Positions 61,399 to 64,000 of a DNA stretch of 64,000 bases are shown piece by piece. Position numbers and translations under genes: made by a program. The stretch is taken from contig CBDCJO010000002.1 of NCBI GenBank assembly GCA_965217865.1, positions 5,184,001-5,248,000 on the forward strand, given 5' to 3'. Source of the stretch: Candidatus Latescibacterota bacterium (GTDB lineage: Bacteria > Latescibacterota > UBA2968 > SICM01). The number at the start of each line of letters is the position of its first letter. Within the stretch, counting starts at the first letter, position 1. The notes beneath the pieces are model-generated. The model searched no databases. It worked only from the letters and a program-made list of their open reading frames with translations, and was not told where the DNA came from.

Positions 61399-61641
61399 AT
61401 GACCAGAGAGGAATTGTTGGCCCGAATTTCCATAAACCCCGAAATTTGTTTCGGAAAGCCGTGCATCCGCGGGCATCGTATCTGGGTCTCCCTGATTCTG
61501 GACTTCCTGGCAAGCGGGATGACGGTCCAGGAGCTTCTTGGTAACTATCCGGGCCTTGAGGAAGCAGATGTCCTCGCCTGCATCGCTTACGGCGCTGAGA
61601 TGGCGCGGGAGCGGTACATTGAGATACCTGTCGGGGGATAG
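61399..61641 (+). CDS. DUF433 antitoxin-like protein
   Basis: RISINPEICFGKPCIRGHRI...DVLACIAY. Confidence 0.92.
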   Translation: MTREELLARISINPEICFGKPCIRGHRIWVSLILDFLASGMTVQELLGNYPGLEEADVLACIAYGAEMARERYIEIPVGG

Positions 61642-61643
61642 AC

Positions 61644-62027
61644 ATGAGGCTGAAGCTGGACGAGAATCTGGGCGACCGGGGAGCGGAGCTTTTTCGTGAG
61701 GCAGGCCACGATGTGGCCACGGTGCAGGGGCAGGGCCTCTGTTCAACGCCTGACCCGGCGCTAATCGACATCTGCCGTGGAGAAGGCCGGTGCTTGGTCA
61801 CCCTGGACCTCGACTTCGGAAATCCACTTCTATTCAGGCCCTCGGATTATACCGGTATTGCCATCCTTCGTCTTCCCCTCAAACCCTCACCGGAGGACCT
61901 TCCTGATACGATAAGAACGCTTCTTGCCGGGTTAAAGCAAGGGCGGATCGAGGGGAAGCTCTGGATTATGCAGAGGGGGAAAATACGTGAGTACCAACAG
62001 CCGGAGGGAGATGAAGATCGACAATAA
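61644..62027 (+). CDS. DUF5615 PIN-like toxin
   Basis: MRLKLDENL, GHDV, LVTLDLDFG. Confidence 0.9.
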   Translation: MRLKLDENLGDRGAELFREAGHDVATVQGQGLCSTPDPALIDICRGEGRCLVTLDLDFGNPLLFRPSDYTGIAILRLPLKPSPEDLPDTIRTLLAGLKQGRIEGKLWIMQRGKIREYQQPEGDEDRQ

Positions 62028-62201
62028 GGACAAGGAATTCGAGTGGATTCAGATCTAAGAAAAATCTAATTAGGGAGGGCCAAACAGGTCAAAACTGGGT
62101 GAATCAACAGAAACAATAATTCTTCGTATTTCCTTGTATTTCCTTCCAAATCAATCTATTACGAACCAAGCCAAATAAGACCAAAAACCCCCAAAAGACT
62201 T

Positions 62202-62307
62202 TGGGAGCAGGGGGGCGGCGATTAAAATTCAGCGGCCTGAACAGCAAAACAAAAACGGGCAGAGTTAGCACCAGGTAATATTATACCCTGAGGCTCTGAC
62301 CGTTTTT
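62202..62307 (+). other. Highly degenerate tRNA-Pro 3' fragment plus homologous terminator
   Basis: GGGAGCAGGGGG...CAGCAAAACAAAAACGGGCAGAG...CTCTGACCG-T6. Confidence 0.55.
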
Positions 62308-62372
62308 TGTGTTTGCTAACGATTTTTCTAACAGGAACTGAGTCCTGTCAGGTTCAACCGGGGTTCTTTCTT

Positions 62373-63161
62373 TCAGGCATCCTTCACCCGCTGATAACGC
62401 AGGACGTGCCTGGCGTGGTCGGACAGGCTTTCCCAGAGGTCACGTGGGAAGTGCTTCTCGGTGTAATCGTGCAGCCAGCGGCTGAATACCCAGGATTTGG
62501 AGAAGGCCATGCAAAGTTCGTCCCGGGGGTGGTGCGAACGGTTGGGTGTGCCCCGGTGGTAGGCCCTGGGGTCAACAATCCAGATGGATCCTTTTTTGAG
62601 GTTGAGCCGGGTTGGGTAGTAATGCCCTACCCGGTTCGAGCCTTCGCCAAAGACGTTGTCCAGGTTGGTGTGGAGGTTTTCGTCAACGATGTGGTGAGTC
62701 CCGGGCAGGACTTCGATGCTGCCGTTTTCTTCGCAGGTGTCCATCAGGGGGAATTTGGCGGCGACCTGGAAGGGGGGGGTGACAATGCCCGGAAAGAGGG
62801 CGTGAGCCCCGTCCCGGTGCCATTTCTGATAGTCCGTCCCGGGAAGGGGGATGTTTGAGTCGAAATGGGACCAGTAATAGTCCGGTCCCAGGATGCGCTC
62901 GATGAATTCAGCCAGGGCCGGGTGTTCGAAGATTTCCGGATCGACAAAGGGCTTTTGAAAGGGCACTCGGACGTTGTATCGACCCCATCCACGGGGGGGA
63001 TTCTCTCCCTGTCGCTCGATGTCTTGGTTCCGGATGGGCCGCCAGGCTTCGAGGATCCGGTCGATTTTTTCGTGGGGGATGAGGTCTTCGAAAACGACAA
63101 AGCCGTTGATACGAAATTCTTCCATCATCTGGTCGAGGTCATACTTCGTCCCTGTGTCCAA
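62373..63161 (-). CDS. PhyH-family dioxygenase
   Basis: QKWHRD, ENGSIEVLPGTH, HRGTPN. Confidence 0.9.
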   Translation of the reverse strand: MDTGTKYDLDQMMEEFRINGFVVFEDLIPHEKIDRILEAWRPIRNQDIERQGENPPRGWGRYNVRVPFQKPFVDPEIFEHPALAEFIERILGPDYYWSHFDSNIPLPGTDYQKWHRDGAHALFPGIVTPPFQVAAKFPLMDTCEENGSIEVLPGTHHIVDENLHTNLDNVFGEGSNRVGHYYPTRLNLKKGSIWIVDPRAYHRGTPNRSHHPRDELCMAFSKSWVFSRWLHDYTEKHFPRDLWESLSDHARHVLRYQRVKDA

Positions 63162-63240
63162 TTGGGGCTCCTTGCTGTCTCTGTAGCCGGGGTTCGGAAA
63201 GAAGAGCCGTCAAACGCTGGATGGGTGTTATCCGACCCCC

Positions 63241-63515
63241 AACTTCATTGAAAATTGAATATCGGAGAATTGAATATTTGAACAATTCACGAATTTCCTT
63301 GGGGTAACTGATTTTCGATCTTCAGTTATCTTCAATCGTCGATCTTCAATTTCTCTGGCCTCCGACCTCCGACCCCTCGCCTCGCAAAGGCTCGCCACCC
63401 CTCCTCAACTTCATTGAATATTGAATATCGGAGAATTGAATATTTGCACAATTCACGAATTTCCTGGGGGTAACTGGTTTTCAATCTTCAATTTTCAATC
63501 GTTCGATCTTCAATT
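63241..63515 (-). repeat. Two tandem reverse copies (63241-63352, 63408-63515) of heptamer-built palindromic element
   Basis: TCATTGAA.ATTGAATATCGGAGAATTGAATATTTG core twice. Confidence 0.88.
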
Positions 63516-63534
63516 CCCCCGACCCGCTCCCACA

Positions 63535-64000
63535 CTACACGTCGTGCACCTCGATAACGCCCAGACTCCTTTCGGGTTTAAAAGGGTCCGGTCTTGACGC
63601 CTTTTTCTCCCGTCCCTTTCCCACCAGTGACTTGAGCCGCTCCACCGCATCCTCAAAGGCCTTGGGGTCTTTCTCCATCGCTCGGTCAACCGTGGTCTTG
63701 AGCACGGCGATGTAACCGTTGCGAAGACCGGAGAACGAAAACCCTGTTGCCACCACTTCGCCCGATGTTGAGAAAGCATGTGGCTTCAGGTCAACAATGC
63801 GTCTGGAGGTCTCTTTATAACTTTCAAGGCACGAATTGCAGAACGCGGCGTAAATCGGATCTCCCGTCATCTCATACGCCATCGCGCACGCCGTCGCCCC
63901 CGGATGACCGGTTTTGTCAAGTGCAATGGCATTGTCCGCGTCCGCCATAACCGTATCGCGAAGCAGGGGGCTCTCAAAAAGCCGGAGCCCCTCGTAATAA
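63535..64000 (-). CDS. C-terminus of paralog of 15418 YetA-like protein (5' outside window)
   Basis: TACAMAYEMTGDPIYAA and FSGLRNGY..VLK shared with the 15418 protein. Confidence 0.85.
   Translation of the reverse strand, partial: YYEGLRLFESPLLRDTVMADADNAIALDKTGHPGATACAMAYEMTGDPIYAAFCNSCLESYKETSRRIVDLKPHAFSTSGEVVATGFSFSGLRNGYIAVLKTTVDRAMEKDPKAFEDAVERLKSLVGKGREKKASRPDPFKPERSLGVIEVHDV

Overview
Bacterial chromosomal DNA of moderately high GC. The paired DFDGDGxxDFxDF dockerin/EF-hand tails and FlgD-type C-terminal domain suggest a Latescibacterota/Handelsmanbacteria-like FCB organism (inference). Core genes include purH, mreBC, sppA, HU, a bS22-like ORF, three tRNAs and a Grx-TrxB fusion, mixed with catabolic enzymes, TA modules and one IS3 element. 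The main discovery is at 3.3-7.9 kb: three AhpC/TSA-TlpA redoxin genes that the ORF track splits because the first Cys of the CxxC motif is an in-frame TGA (UPHC, UPHC, UGTC). Each TGA is followed by a bacterial SECIS-like hairpin. Two of these probable selenoproteins are fused to Ig/ASH-like and dockerin-like modules, and the cluster also encodes a beta-barrel protein with a Cys-Cys tail. Together they suggest an exported selenium-dependent redox system. Other features: tandem att-like scars at two tRNA-Pro genes, several dispersed heptamer-built repeat families, a pair of membrane-anchored CutA proteins (2+1 domains), and about a dozen abrupt gene truncations plus three 1-nt frameshifts that may be assembly or amplification artefacts.
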